From Macrostomum lignano (lineage: Eukaryota), in contig NIVC01001531.1 in assembly GCA_002269645.1 (NCBI GenBank), forward strand, positions 1-64,000: a stretch of 64,000 nucleotides of DNA, written 5' to 3'. This document shows positions 1-12,026 of the stretch, piece after piece (position 1 is the first letter of the stretch; each line of letters begins with the position of its first letter). Position numbers and translations under genes: made by a program. Below the pieces are notes generated by a model that did no database searches, was not told the origin of the DNA, and saw only the letters and a list, made by a program, of their open reading frames with translations.

Positions 1-180
1 CGACGCAGCGAGGATATTTGGCTTGTAATTCATTTTTGTTCATCGGCCGACATCTGATCAGCACTTTCACTGTCTCATCTGATGGCGGCTTGGCCTGTAT
101 AAAGGAAAAATACAAATTTAATCAAAATTTGGACAAATTATATTAAATAAATAACAATAAGAACTTACCTTAGGAGGCAT
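1..180 (-). CDS. Kinesin motor protein, 5' end only (kinesin-2/KIF3-KIF17-like start of motor domain); partial
   Basis: Exon 180-169 (ATG CCT CCT AAG|gtaagt), intron 168-95, acceptor atacag|, exon 94-1. Product MPPKAKPPSDETVKVLIRCRPMNKNELQAKYPRCV contains the kinesin N-terminal motif V(K/R)VxxRCRP. An upstream acceptor (tttcag|) lies at 217-216. Subfamily is not resolvable from 35 aa. Confidence 0.85.
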
Positions 181-938
181 TTTCCTTGACTGTTTTCTGT
201 TACTATTTCTTAAAGCTGAAATTGGAAAATTGAAAAAATTGAAATTGAAATACTTTTTCATAGATAGCATTCAGTACAAAATATAACTCATAGAAGACAT
301 TAATCAATGTAAACAAGTGGAAAGCATAGTAAGCAAGAAACTATTCTTTTCTAGGTTTTTCTAGCTTTAGCTGATTTTACAGGTCATAGAGACCCTCATC
401 TAGATATTTTCAGTATAACAGCAAAAGGCAGTGGTAGATCCAGGATTTGTTTAGGAAAGGGATCAGCCAATCCCTTGAACCCTTTTGTTTCTGCCATTGA
501 ATTCAAACTCTGACTACATTTGTTCAGGCTGAAATCTATGTTAAAGATAGCAAAAAAATTGCAACAAAATTCATTTTAAATGGCTCTGCCTTAGGGTATA
601 TAAATATACTGCATTATAAAAAATGAGGCCACCATGTATTATGTACTACTATTAAGACCATTATGCTACCCCTCTCCCCCAGTCTTTCTATTAGACTCTC
701 CTAGGCCTAGTCTATTGCACAAAGGGTATAAATATAATGTAATTTATATACAGTATACAAGGTAAAATCTTATATATATAGCTATATTTCCAACTTTGGT
801 GCTTGTGCAATAACACAGTATAAGCCAACCTATAAGATGCATTGAGGTTTATATTCCTATTAACCAATAAAGTTAGGATTGTTATAATTATATATTCCTA
901 ATTCTATATACATGCCCATATATAACAATGTATATATC

Positions 939-1930
939 CAGTGTTTGGCACCCATCTATTTATAAATGTTAATCCATTAATAAGTGTTTATAAGAATTAA
1001 TCTATTAATAAACATTAATAGGCATTAAGATTTTTTATTAACATTAATGGACTGCCATTAATATTTTTTTGCTCTAATGCATTAATGAATTTGCATCATT
1101 AACTTTGTGAGTTAACAATAAATTCATCATTAATGTTAATGACAATGTCAATGACCAATGATACAAAGAAAGAACAAAAATACAAGTCTGACAAGAATTT
1201 ACAACATTGCAAATGTATTTGAATTTACCTAAATGCCTAATTAAATAACAAAATTTGGTGTCGGGTTGCACTTTTGAAGGCACAATTTTGGCACCCCTGT
1301 TGCGTGTCTACGGGTTTTTGAAACTTATTTCAATAGGGTAATTAATCTCTGTTTATGACAATGATCATGCATATATAACAACTTCTTTACTAATAAACTT
1401 TAGTATTGAATAAAAATTATGAACTTTTTTGCTTGCATGTGAGCATCAATCTGATTTACTTCTTTGCCAATCTTTTGCAACTTTCTATTGCAATTGCTAG
1501 TGCTACTGAAACAGCTTTTCTCCACAGCCTCCTTTGGCTATCCCACTGCCTCCATTTGTATTTTATTATTAACTAATTAGCTTTCAAGTAGCAAATAAAT
1601 AAGTTACTCATTTTATCATATGCTTTCTTTTAGTAGTATTTTAGTAGTCTTTTAGATGACTTCTATGTTTTGCTAAAAAGATGGAAAAGCAAAAATAGTG
1701 CATTATGAAGTCTGGGCAAAAACTGTCTAGTTTTGGATAAAAAAGTGCAAGATGTCTATATTTTCTATATTAACTTTAATGGAATAATTATTAATGAATA
1801 TTATTTCATTTTCAGTTAACTTAACCAAATTAGAAATAAACAAGTTTAGATTTTTTCATTTTAATGCTAATGCTTTTGCCATTAATGGAAGTTAAGATTT
1901 TCATTTATGGTGAATTTGTGCCCAACACTG
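939..1930. mobile_element. hAT-type non-autonomous DNA transposon (MITE)
   Basis: TIRs CAGTGTTTGGCAC (939-951) and GTGCCCAACACTG (1918-1930), 1 mismatch. Flanked by a perfect 8-bp TSD TATATATC (931-938, 1931-1938). AT-rich interior with many ATTAA/TTAAT motifs and no transposase ORF. Confidence 0.9.
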
Positions 1931-2187
1931 TATATATCTAATCTATAGACTTATTTATAAGTTTAAAAGATTTGATAAAATAGACAATAATACCTTTTGC
2001 TAATTATGCGACACTTTACCTTTAAAATGCAAAAAATAAAGCTAACAAAAATGTACACAGGCCTGTGCAGCCTTGCCTTTAACTATAATTATAGCTAGAT
2101 TAATTTTTTAAGAACAGTGCATATATTTTTAATACTTAATAGCATAACCTTTAGGCTTTAAAACAAATAAAAACTACTACATATTGG

Positions 2188-2477
2188 GGCAATGGCTAGA
2201 GTTCCGGCACCGGAACCCATTCTCTAACAGCTATGGATCTGGCAGTGCCATTATATTATAGATGGAACATTATATTTTTCTTTCTACAGGTGGCTGATAT
2301 TGAGATTTTGTTCTAGATTAAAATTTAAGACGATATGATAAGATTTGGGACAAGATGCTTCTAATATTCAGACTTCTTAAGATATGTTCTTAGCAGTCTT
2401 TATATGCTTCTATACGGCACTGCCGGATCCCTAGCTGCTAGAAAATGGGTTCCAGTGCCGGAACTCTAGCCATTGCC
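2188..2477. mobile_element. Mutator-like (MULE) MITE
   Basis: About 62-bp imperfect TIRs starting GGCAATGGCTAGAGTTCCGGCAC (2188-2249; 2416-2477). Perfect 9-bp TSD ACATATTGG (2179-2187, 2478-2486). Confidence 0.9.
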
Positions 2478-2774
2478 ACATATTGGACACTGAATGCTCC
2501 ATACACATTAGGCACAGAATTAACCTGTCACTAAAATGAATGTCAACAAAGTGTCAAAAGTGACTGTTAGCAAACTGAAATTTATTGAAGTAGGGCCTAA
2601 CTGAATTCTAATATAGATATAGTAATAATATAGACTAGCAATCTTCGCCCCCCGATGGGGGACATCTGGATAGAACTTCTGTTCTCTACAAGTAACAAAA
2701 AGACAGCCAAATAGAGTCTTCACAAAGACAGCAGAAAAACTGCTCAAATGAAGCGCAATGCAAAAAGAAAACAT

Positions 2775-3010
2775 CCCAAGACAGCAAGCATCCCCCCTCC
2801 CCCCCCCCAGATAGCAAGCACCCCACATAGCAAGCACCCCCAGATAGCAAGCACCCCCAGATAGCAAGCACCCCCAGATAGCAAGCACCCCCAGATAGCA
2901 AGCACCCCAGATAGCAAGCATCCCTTAGATAGCAAGCACCCCAGATAGAAAAAACCACCAGATAGCAAGCATCCAATTGATAGCAAGTATCCTTAAATAG
3001 CAAGCATTCA
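2775..3010. repeat. 17-bp minisatellite CCAGATAGCAAGCACCC inside the Helitron-like element
   Basis: ATAGCAAGC recurs at 2827, 2844, 2861, 2878. A longer array of the same unit lies at about 61340-61975. Confidence 0.95.
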
Positions 3011-3149
3011 CCAGACAAAAAGTATATAGTGCAACATTTCCTTAGCTTTCTAGGGGCTCCTTTATGATTGGCATGACACTTCTTATTACGTTTGAAAATG
3101 TCTCTCCTGTGTTTGAAATGGTGGCTATTTTATTTTTGAATTCGTGGCT

Positions 3150-4910
3150 TTTTAATGTTTGGCATGGTGACTCTTTAATGTTCTACATGGTGGCTCTTTA
3201 ATGTTTGACATCTTGCCAGTTTTATGTCTGTCATGGTGGCTCCTTACTGTTAGAAACGGTGGCTCTTTAATGTTTGACATGGAGTCACATATATGTTTCA
3301 CATGGTGGCTCTTCTATGTCTAACTTGGTAGCTCTTTTATGTTTGACATCGTGGCTCGTTAATGTTCTACATGGTGGCTCTTTAGTGTTTGACATGGTGG
3401 CTCTATAATGTTCTACATTGTGGCTCTTTAATGTTCTACATATTGTGGCTCTTTAACGTTCGACAGGGTGGCTCTTTAATGTTTGACATGGAGTCACGTA
3501 TATATTTGGCATGGAGTCACATATATGTTTGACATGGTGGCTCTTTAGTGTTCGATATGGTGGCTCTTTAATGTTTGACATAGTGGCTCTTAATTTTTGA
3601 CATGGTGGCTCTTTAATGTTTGACATGGAGTCACGTATGTGTTAGACATAATGGCTCTTTAATGTTTGACATGGTGGCTCTTTAATGTTTGACATGGTGG
3701 CTTTTAATTTTTGACATGGTGGCTCTTTAATGTTTGACATGGAGTCACGTATATGTTAGACATAATGGCTCTTTAATGTTTGACATGGTGGCTCTTTAAT
3801 GTTCGACATGGTGGCTCTTTATTGTTCGAAATTGTGGCTCTTTAATGCTCTACATTGTGGCTCTTTAATGTTCTACATGGTAGCTCTTTAATGCCTGACA
3901 TTGTGGCTCTTTAATGTTCTACATATTGTGGCTCTTTAATCTTCAACATGGTGGCTCTTTATTGTTTGACATGATGACTCTTTAATGTTGGATGTGGTGG
4001 CTTTTTAATGTTCTACATTGTGGCTCTTTAATGTTCTACATTGCAGCTCTTTAATGTTCTACATGGTGGCTCTTTAATGCTCTACATTGTGGCTCTTTAA
4101 TGTTTTACATGGTGGCTCTTTAATGCCTGACATTGTGGCTCTTTTATGTTCTACATATTGTGGCTCTTTAATCTTCGACATGGTGGCTCTTTATTGTTTG
4201 ACATGATGACTCTTTAATGTTTGACGTGGTGGCTTGTTAATGTTCTACATTGTGGCTCTTTATTGTTTGACATGATGGCTTTATAATGTTTGACATCATG
4301 GCTCTTTAATGTTCTACATTGTGGCTCTTTAATGCTTGACATTGTGGCTCTTTAATGTTCTACATATTTTGGCTCTTTAATGTTTGACATTGTGGCTCTT
4401 TAATGTTCTACATTGTGGCTCTTTAATGTTCTACATTGTATCTCTTTAATGTTCTACATGGTGGCTCTTTAATGTTCTACATTGTGGCTCTTTATTGTTT
4501 GACATGATGGCTCTTTGATGTTTGACATGGAGTCACGTATGTGTTAGACATGGAGTCATGTATATATTTGGCATGGAGTCACATATATGCTTTACATGGT
4601 GGCTCTTTAATGTTGACATGTTGGCTCTTTAATTTTTGACATGGTGGCTCTTTAATGTTTGACATGGTGGCTCTTTTATGCTTGACATGGAGTCACGTAT
4701 ATGTTTGACATGGTGGCTCTTTAATGTTTGACATGGTGGCTCTTTAATGTTCGACATGGTGGCTCTTTTATGCTTGACATGGTGGCTCTTTTATGCTTGA
4801 CATGGTAACTCTTTTATGTTCGATATGGTGGCTCTTTTATATTTGACATGGTGGTTCTTTAATGTTTGACATGGTGGCTCCTTTAGGTTTGACATGGTGG
4901 CTCTTCTATT
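3150..4910. repeat. 23-bp minisatellite GGTGGCTCTTTAATGTTTGACAT inside the Helitron-like element
   Basis: Dozens of imperfect tandem copies; the same unit occurs at about 62080-63140. Confidence 0.95.
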
Positions 4911-7900
4911 GCGCTTTTTTATGTTTAGCAGTTTTTTTTGTTTTTAAGGTGTTTTAATAAAAAAATTATTTTGCGCTTCTAAGATTCGAACCCAGGTCGC
5001 TACATTAGCATTCTAGTCTGTTCGCATTGGGGCTATCTCTTTTCAATTGGAGAACATGAATTGTGGCCATTATAATTTAATTCTTACAGCAAGTCAATTG
5101 GAGTAGAAAGTTATGACATAATCAATTTCTCAGTCAGCCAGTATCAGTCCTAATTTAAGTTAGCAATATTGTTATGCAATTTAAATCAAGTTTTGTGTGC
5201 ATTTCTTCGGCACTGTTTTCAACTGGTTGTGATGTAATCCTTATCACAATTGGAATTCAGTCAGTCAGTTTTTTCTCTAGCATTCTTACAATGCATTTCA
5301 GGTCGAAAGAGCTGCTTGACCTTTGCAAAAAAGCATGTTTTTCGAATATTTAATCCCTTTAAAATTGAGCAATTTCTTAGCCAAGATGCATGTACCGTCC
5401 CAGGAAAATTTCTGATCAAATGGTGCAAGTTTGAAGAAAATCGGTTGAGCCATTTTTTCTGAAATCTATCGCATACCTACCCACATACATACATACAGAC
5501 AACTCATTTTTAGTATATTGGACTATAGCCTCATAACTTAGGTCGTTAGGACTATACATTTTAGTTAAAGCCAATACTTATCTACTATGGCCATAGACAT
5601 GTCATGGACATGTAAATTTGCGAATGCAAATGCAAACGTGGCATGAGATTCTTTGAGCCTGCCGGAATGGTATGTACTAATAGATAGTACACTACTATTA
5701 ACGGAACTATGAAGGTTTGATTTTACAACATAAAAACTCATTTATAATAAAAACTATATAAGAACATAAATAAAACTAAAAAGAAGAGTTCCACTCTCAA
5801 TAAAATCCCTGAAAACACATTAGTCCTACTCCTACAGACAACAGTATGTGTAAAAATAATCAGTCATTCTTATGAACTCAGCTAGCTTTTACAATAATAA
5901 ACAGAATTCTTGAATTAAAAGAGGAAACAATGCTTTTTTTTACTTTCATTTCTTTTACACAAAGTAATTATAAATACAACTAACAAAGATTTGCGTACAG
6001 AATAAAGATCTTGCTTCTTTTACATTGAAAAGAAACTTCCATGCATAGATTTTATTTTACCGCTTAGAAACCGTAAAATACCGGTACCGCTTAGCTAAAG
6101 TTATAGTTCTACATAGTCCTGTATACAATATATATACAGGATACGATATAGATGTATCATATCGACAATAATTAAAGTGTATAATTATATAAAGACCATA
6201 GTTAGTTTTTCAGAACAAAAATCACTAAAGATTTATATGATCGTTGATTAAGGCACCGACAAAAGAATTACATAAAAACAACGAGTACTCAAGATCTCAT
6301 TTAGTCTAGCTGACTGAAAAACGATCCTTGTTACCATGCTTCTGTTTAAAATTGGATCAATATTTTTTTGGACTTCCGCCTTTTATGATTTAGCCTTGTG
6401 AATTCAACGTTAATTTTTTGACGGACGTAATTAAAATGGTAAAAAAATTCCTAATTTAGGCCTAATTTTGAAGTTCCTGGAAAAATAGTTTTGCAAATTT
6501 ATCCAAGACCAAAGGCATGGCCTCTTCGCAGTTCGCACGCTTAGTATATGAGCTTTGCTGGCCTAATTTGACACGGAAAGTTTAATTCGCTCTTTTGCTT
6601 ACTTGGTTAGATATAGGCCTATAATCTAGCGCAATGACTGCGGGAGAGAATAGGAGAGAATAGATGAGAGAAGAGGAACAGGAAGATGTGTTGGAGAGAA
6701 AAGTAGAGGGTAGTGGATAAATGAAGACTTCAGAGGAAAGCGAAATAAAACAGATAAATGGAGGGAGCTAAGAGGAAAGAGGGGATAAAGCGATAGAGGG
6801 GAGAATTGAGAAAAATAAGGGTAGGGCCGCAGGGCGGGGCCCCCAATCGTTAAGAAGAGACCAACCTGTAATAATCCCAAAAAACCATCAAAGTAGGCCC
6901 TATTTAGGCCCAGTACGGCAGTATGTTGGATCAGGTGGAAAAATGATGGCCATGTATGGCCATGTATCCCCTAGCATAGGCCAGTGCCTATGTCTCTGTG
7001 GAAAGCATAAAATGTTACACACTTTTGAAAACATGCAATATGACATAATTAAAACAATTTTTCTATAGGAGTATAGGCCTATGCAGCCTATTGAATGGCA
7101 GGGGCAAATAGTAGTGTATACTGTATAGGCCTATGCATACTTATTTAAAATTCAACAAGTTGTAATAGCCTAATGCTTTAGCCTTTAGCATTTGCCAAAT
7201 TGGCTGTTACCAAACTGACTTATTGACAATTTTGATTGTTGCCAAATTGGCTTAGTGCCAAATTGACTGGAAGCTGGTCAGTAGCCAGATTGCTTTTATA
7301 GACCCAAGGCCAGAGAGATGCTTTTTACAACTGTTTTTTGGTTTAATGTCTAGTTTAGGCCTACAGTCTAGCTAGCTCGAGTTGCAAGTTGCATCAGCTA
7401 GGCCTATCTTTCACTAGGCCCTATATAGATAGGCTAAAATCAAATCATGATTTCTATGCTTTTTTATACCTATACTTTTTAGTGCTTAGTTGTTAGCATT
7501 TCAATATCCCACCTAGTTTGCTTTTTGGTGCTTAAATTATAAATTTGAATAGGGCCTATGAATTGTTTTTATTTTTTATGATGCTAAGTCATTAATTTAT
7601 AGTTATATTTAGTAAGGCCTTAAAAATCTGAATAATAAATAATATATATTTAACTAACTAAAGCCAAGTCAAGACAAGGTAATATTTATTTTGTTAAAGT
7701 AATTTTTATAGACTTAGTATTTTCTTTGAAATCTAAAATTGTAAGGTAGGGGCAAAGAAAAGAAAGATTTGGAATTGGACAGTCTTGGCCAATTTCATAA
7801 AATTTCAACTTTAAATTGTGTTGCCACTATCTGTAACTTGGCACTCGTAAATCTATAAAGTTTCACAGATTGTTGGGGTCAATTTTCTTTCTAGATACTC

Positions 7901-10005
7901 TATCTGCATCTGCTAGGTACTTAATTCTGGGGGGAGGATAATAGTTACCGCAGTTGAGCAGTCTTTAGTAGGCATAGTCATTTAGAAAGTAGACACCAAG
8001 ATCTTGACACTAAATTTCAATGTTCGCCATTTTGCTTAACTGATTACTTTTAATAGAATAGCATTGCCATCACTGTAATTTTGTATTATAGAACATTGAG
8101 ATCTCAGAGCTCATTCAGAGTTGAGATTAATTTAGTTGTTTTATACCTTGTGGGCAAACAACTCAAGATAAACTATCAGGGGCTTTGATTAATTAGTGCA
8201 AAGAAATAGGTATTAATATTTATTAGTTTTTTAAATGAATAGACTGATTATTATTAATATTTAACAGATGAGATTTCCAGTGGTGCCAAAGTGCTGAATT
8301 AGATATTATTGAAAGGTAACCAAGTAGTTTAAGCTATTGAAAGTAGTATCACATAGGCAAAATTAAAATAAGTAATAAAAAATAAACTAAAACTACAACA
8401 AGTAAACCAAAGCAGGGAGGAAGAGCAAAGGAACAAAAGAGCAAAAGCATGCATATAGTGCAGCCCAATCTGGGTATATAAATAATGGGATAATAAATTA
8501 AACAACATGTAGGGCAACCAATAAGGCAAAGGATAGGGCAACTGTAGGACAGTGTTCCCATTCTGCCACAAATTTGTGCCATGCCCAAAAATGAGGCAAT
8601 ATGGCACAAATATGCAATTAATAAGGTTCGGCATGAATCTAAAAATGTGGAAAATTTGCGCCTAAATTGTAACCCTTTTCTGCATTTTTTTGATGCTCTT
8701 TTTTGTTTGCTTTTCATATTAGGTATTGTTTGTAACAAAACAGACCACTTTTATGTACCAATAGAATAACAAAGCCAACCCTGATGGTGTTGGAAAGAAA
8801 CTATTATGTTTTATAATTGTAGTATTGATTTAGAGAAATTAATAGTCTGATGCCCATGCTGTTATTGCCATTTTTACCAATTTTTTGCCAGGTTGTAGTG
8901 TTTTATCTCATCCAAATTTGGATGATTTATGATTGAGGTCCCTGGATATTTGGTATTTGAGTTTTTTTAATATTCAATGGGAATTACACTGCATTAGAGC
9001 CTTAGAGGTAAAAAGTGATAATGGCGCAAAAAAATCCATGGTGCAAAAATGAAAGGCTTGGCACAAAAAATGAAGGTTGCTAAGTGGTAACACTGCTATA
9101 AAGGCAAGGAATGGGGTGACAGATGGGGCTATAGAAACTTGAACAAAACGAAAAACACAAAAATTAAAGGCCAACCAATGGGGCAAAGGATGGGGCAGCA
9201 GAAGAATGAGGAAAACCACTGGTAGGGCATCATCACTGCATGAGTCATTATCTTAGCCAAATGGTAGATTGCCCTACCACAATTGCACAGTGACTATAAA
9301 TAGCTATTAATAATAATTGTTGGGTATGCAATTTAGGGGCAATCATTTTGTTTTTATCTTAGTTATAGTGATCAATATCAATATCATACAAATCTACATT
9401 TACATGTATATAATATAATTAGGCCTTGTGCATAAGAACAATAAATGCTAATGTTTAGTTTGCACATGTATAGAAATCTCTTAAGTTGTCTTGTCTAACT
9501 AGTATGGGTATTCATTTAATATATTATTTACTTCTGATACAAATGGCAGCAGAATCTATTTGTATATACTTTTAATTTGTTTTTTATTTTAAAACTCTGA
9601 AAATTATCTTGGTGATAGAGCTTTGGCACTGGAGACTGAGTATGTTCTATGCAATTTTTTATGCATTTCAATTACTTTTGTCACTGCAAAGGAATATGTC
9701 TACACTAATTCACTTAGCTGGATATATAGAAAGAAAAGGAAGTCATAGACATCCACATTATTATAGGTTTATCTGTCTATTCTAATATAGGCTTTTGTAT
9801 GATTCCTGGGTCTTTGTTATAAGTTTACTAGTTTTATATGGATACTATAATGAGGAACAACTGCATTGTGTGCCACAGAGAAGTTTGTCCAATGATACAG
9901 TTCCAATATATTGTTGCAAAGGCAAAACATATTATGATTGGTCAATTATTGAATATTGGTCATTGACTTCCTTTTACTTATGAAAAAAGTTATAATGGTT
10001 AAATT

Positions 10006-10378
10006 TTTTAATTTTTTTATGAGAGGCAGGGGGTTGTGTGCACCCTGGCGCACTTTAAGCGACATAGGCACACAACCGGTGAGAGGCATTACTGCCCATT
10101 CTGCCGACTCCCCTGAGCAGGCATACAAGCGCGGGGATACATACGCAGGCACACACTCACACAGGAGTGTACAGTGGCCCTAACTTTATCAATTGTTAGG
10201 CATGTACACTTCACTGCGCCTTGGGGGGGGGGTTGGCTCTCAAGGCTGTTAATTGTACGAGCAGAGCCAAGCCGAAATTCCAATTCAGCCCCAAATTAAT
10301 GTGGCTGCACTTGGAATCGAGCCTGGGTCGCTGGCACACCAGAGCAGCTGCGCTACCGCTGGGCTACGGCCCCCCTTA
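10006..10378 (-). mobile_element. tRNA-derived SINE
   Basis: Minus-strand head GGGGCCGTAGCCCAGCGGTAGCG...GCGACCCAGGCTCGATTCC with A-box-like and B-box-like motifs. A-rich tail at about 10006-10019. 14-bp TSD with 1 mismatch (ATAATGGTTAAATT 9992-10005; ATAATAGTTAAATT 10379-10392). Confidence 0.8.
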
Positions 10379-11931
10379 ATAATAGTTAAATTACAACTAT
10401 ATATCTAAGATTAAATTTACTTTTTGTATAATTATTTCTTGTATTCGAAAAATAGGATATGAGACCTTAGTGCACTTTGCTAGTATTTTATTAAGTATGC
10501 TTTACTAAGTTCAAAAAGGCCTATTTCTTCTAATACTATTAGCAAATAAAAGGCTCTAATTTGGCTAAATTCTGCAGCTTAGGTCTCTTGCAAAAGAGCT
10601 TGGCTGCTTTATTTAGAAATTCTTTGGGAGCATTGTCTCTAGGCCTAATTAGTAGCAATAGTCAACAAAGCTCAAAGCTTTGATCAATGTTGCAATCTTA
10701 TTTGTCTAGCCATTTTTTATTGTTGTGCTTGCATTGAAACATAGAAGAAGCTTTCAACAATAGTTTTTATAAAGTAACAGAATATATTAATTTTTATAAA
10801 TACAATCTAATCTAATAAGCTATAGTAGATAGGTCATTTACTAGTGTTACAATTCTGCAATACAAAGTTGAGCAGGGCATATGTTACAAATGTCCTTGCT
10901 AGCCTACTAATAGACATCAAGGTTGGCATAGAATGACCAGTACAATATTCCTTTGTTGAATATTGCTATTAAAAAACTATCAAAAGTAGTCTGTCAGGTG
11001 CAAGGGCAGGTCTATGGTTGAAAATGGCAATGCAATCTAGATTTATATTAGTGGCCTATTGACAGGGGTTCTGTAGCCTTTGTCTATGTATATATGCAAT
11101 GGACATGATTAATAGTGTCAATGTAGTTTCTAGTGTACCTTAAATTCAAGAAAATCTACATAAGACAGATTGCATCTTTTATAACCTTGCACTCTATGCT
11201 TAATTGAAAAAATATCCACACTTTTCAGCAAGGTGAACTGGCATTCTTTCATCTTGCAATCCCCAATTTTATTTAGTTTCATTTTACAATCCCCATTGAA
11301 AATGAAAAAGGCAATGTACTTTATTCAAAAAAGGTCATATATAGTAATTGTATTTGTATTGTATATTGTATTGTAATATGTAATATATTATGTAATATAA
11401 GGCTTAGTTAATATGTTCAGGTAGCTCAAAACATGCACGCACCCCCTCACTTCATCTTATAAGCTTACAATCACTTAATAGAAATGAAGTTCTATAATGA
11501 GAGTGGTATACACAAGTGAATGCAAAAAGGATAAAGTCAACCTAGGCGGCAGGCCCAATCTAGCTTAGCTAATAAAAAAGCAGTAAGGAAAGAGGTCAAT
11601 GTTAAACATATGCAGGTGAGAAGAAACCTGTTTATTGGTCTGGCTTTATACGAGCTAAAGTAACAGAACGCGCTTTTACAAAAGATATTAGGCTTTTTCC
11701 AGTTTTTCAACCATCTTTAGTTCTTGTAGATTGTAAAGTGCAAAAGTGCAAAAAACGCTAACTTTGCTACTAAATAATGAGTAGATAAGCGCAGCTTTTT
11801 GAGAGTAAAATATTAAATTAAATATTTGTATTTAATTTTGTTCTTTTATTATTAGATCACTCGTCATTGGCTGGCAAGATAGCGATCTAGAAAGAGATTG
11901 ACCCGTTGGACTCTGACCCCTCACTGTTGCA

Positions 11932-11939
11932 TATAAAAG
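11932..11939 (+). promoter_or_regulatory. TATA box upstream of the Bcl-2-family gene
   Basis: TATAAAAG about 90 bp upstream of the first ATG (12027). Function not demonstrated. Confidence 0.5.
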
Positions 11940-12026
11940 GCCCCAAGTATTGCTACGTAATGTTCTACTTTTTCTCTTCGCCTAACTTTGAGTCAAATCT
12001 TTACCTATCTAAGCCGATTTGAAGCT

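Larger units (their letters stand above)
2634..5520 (+). mobile_element. Non-autonomous Helitron/Helentron-like (DINE-1/Lep1-type architecture) element, copy 1
   Basis: Collinear with 61217-63767 from ACTAGCAATC..GCCCCCCGAT-GGGGAC to AAATCGGTTGAGCC..(CATA)n..CAACTCATTTTTAG. No TIRs or TSD seen. Contains two minisatellites and a 3' (CATA)n tract. The repeat itself is certain; the class is inferred from architecture. Confidence 0.65.

Noticed and set aside
5250-5462. Conserved ORF pair (5250-5462 and 63407-63697)
   Set aside because: Similarity comes from two copies of the same repeat element; starts differ and there is no recognisable domain.
9220-9279. 60-bp mini inverted repeat TGGTAGGGCA...TGCCCTACCA
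   Set aside because: Only 10-bp arms, no TSD, single copy in the window; could be chance or a decayed TE end.
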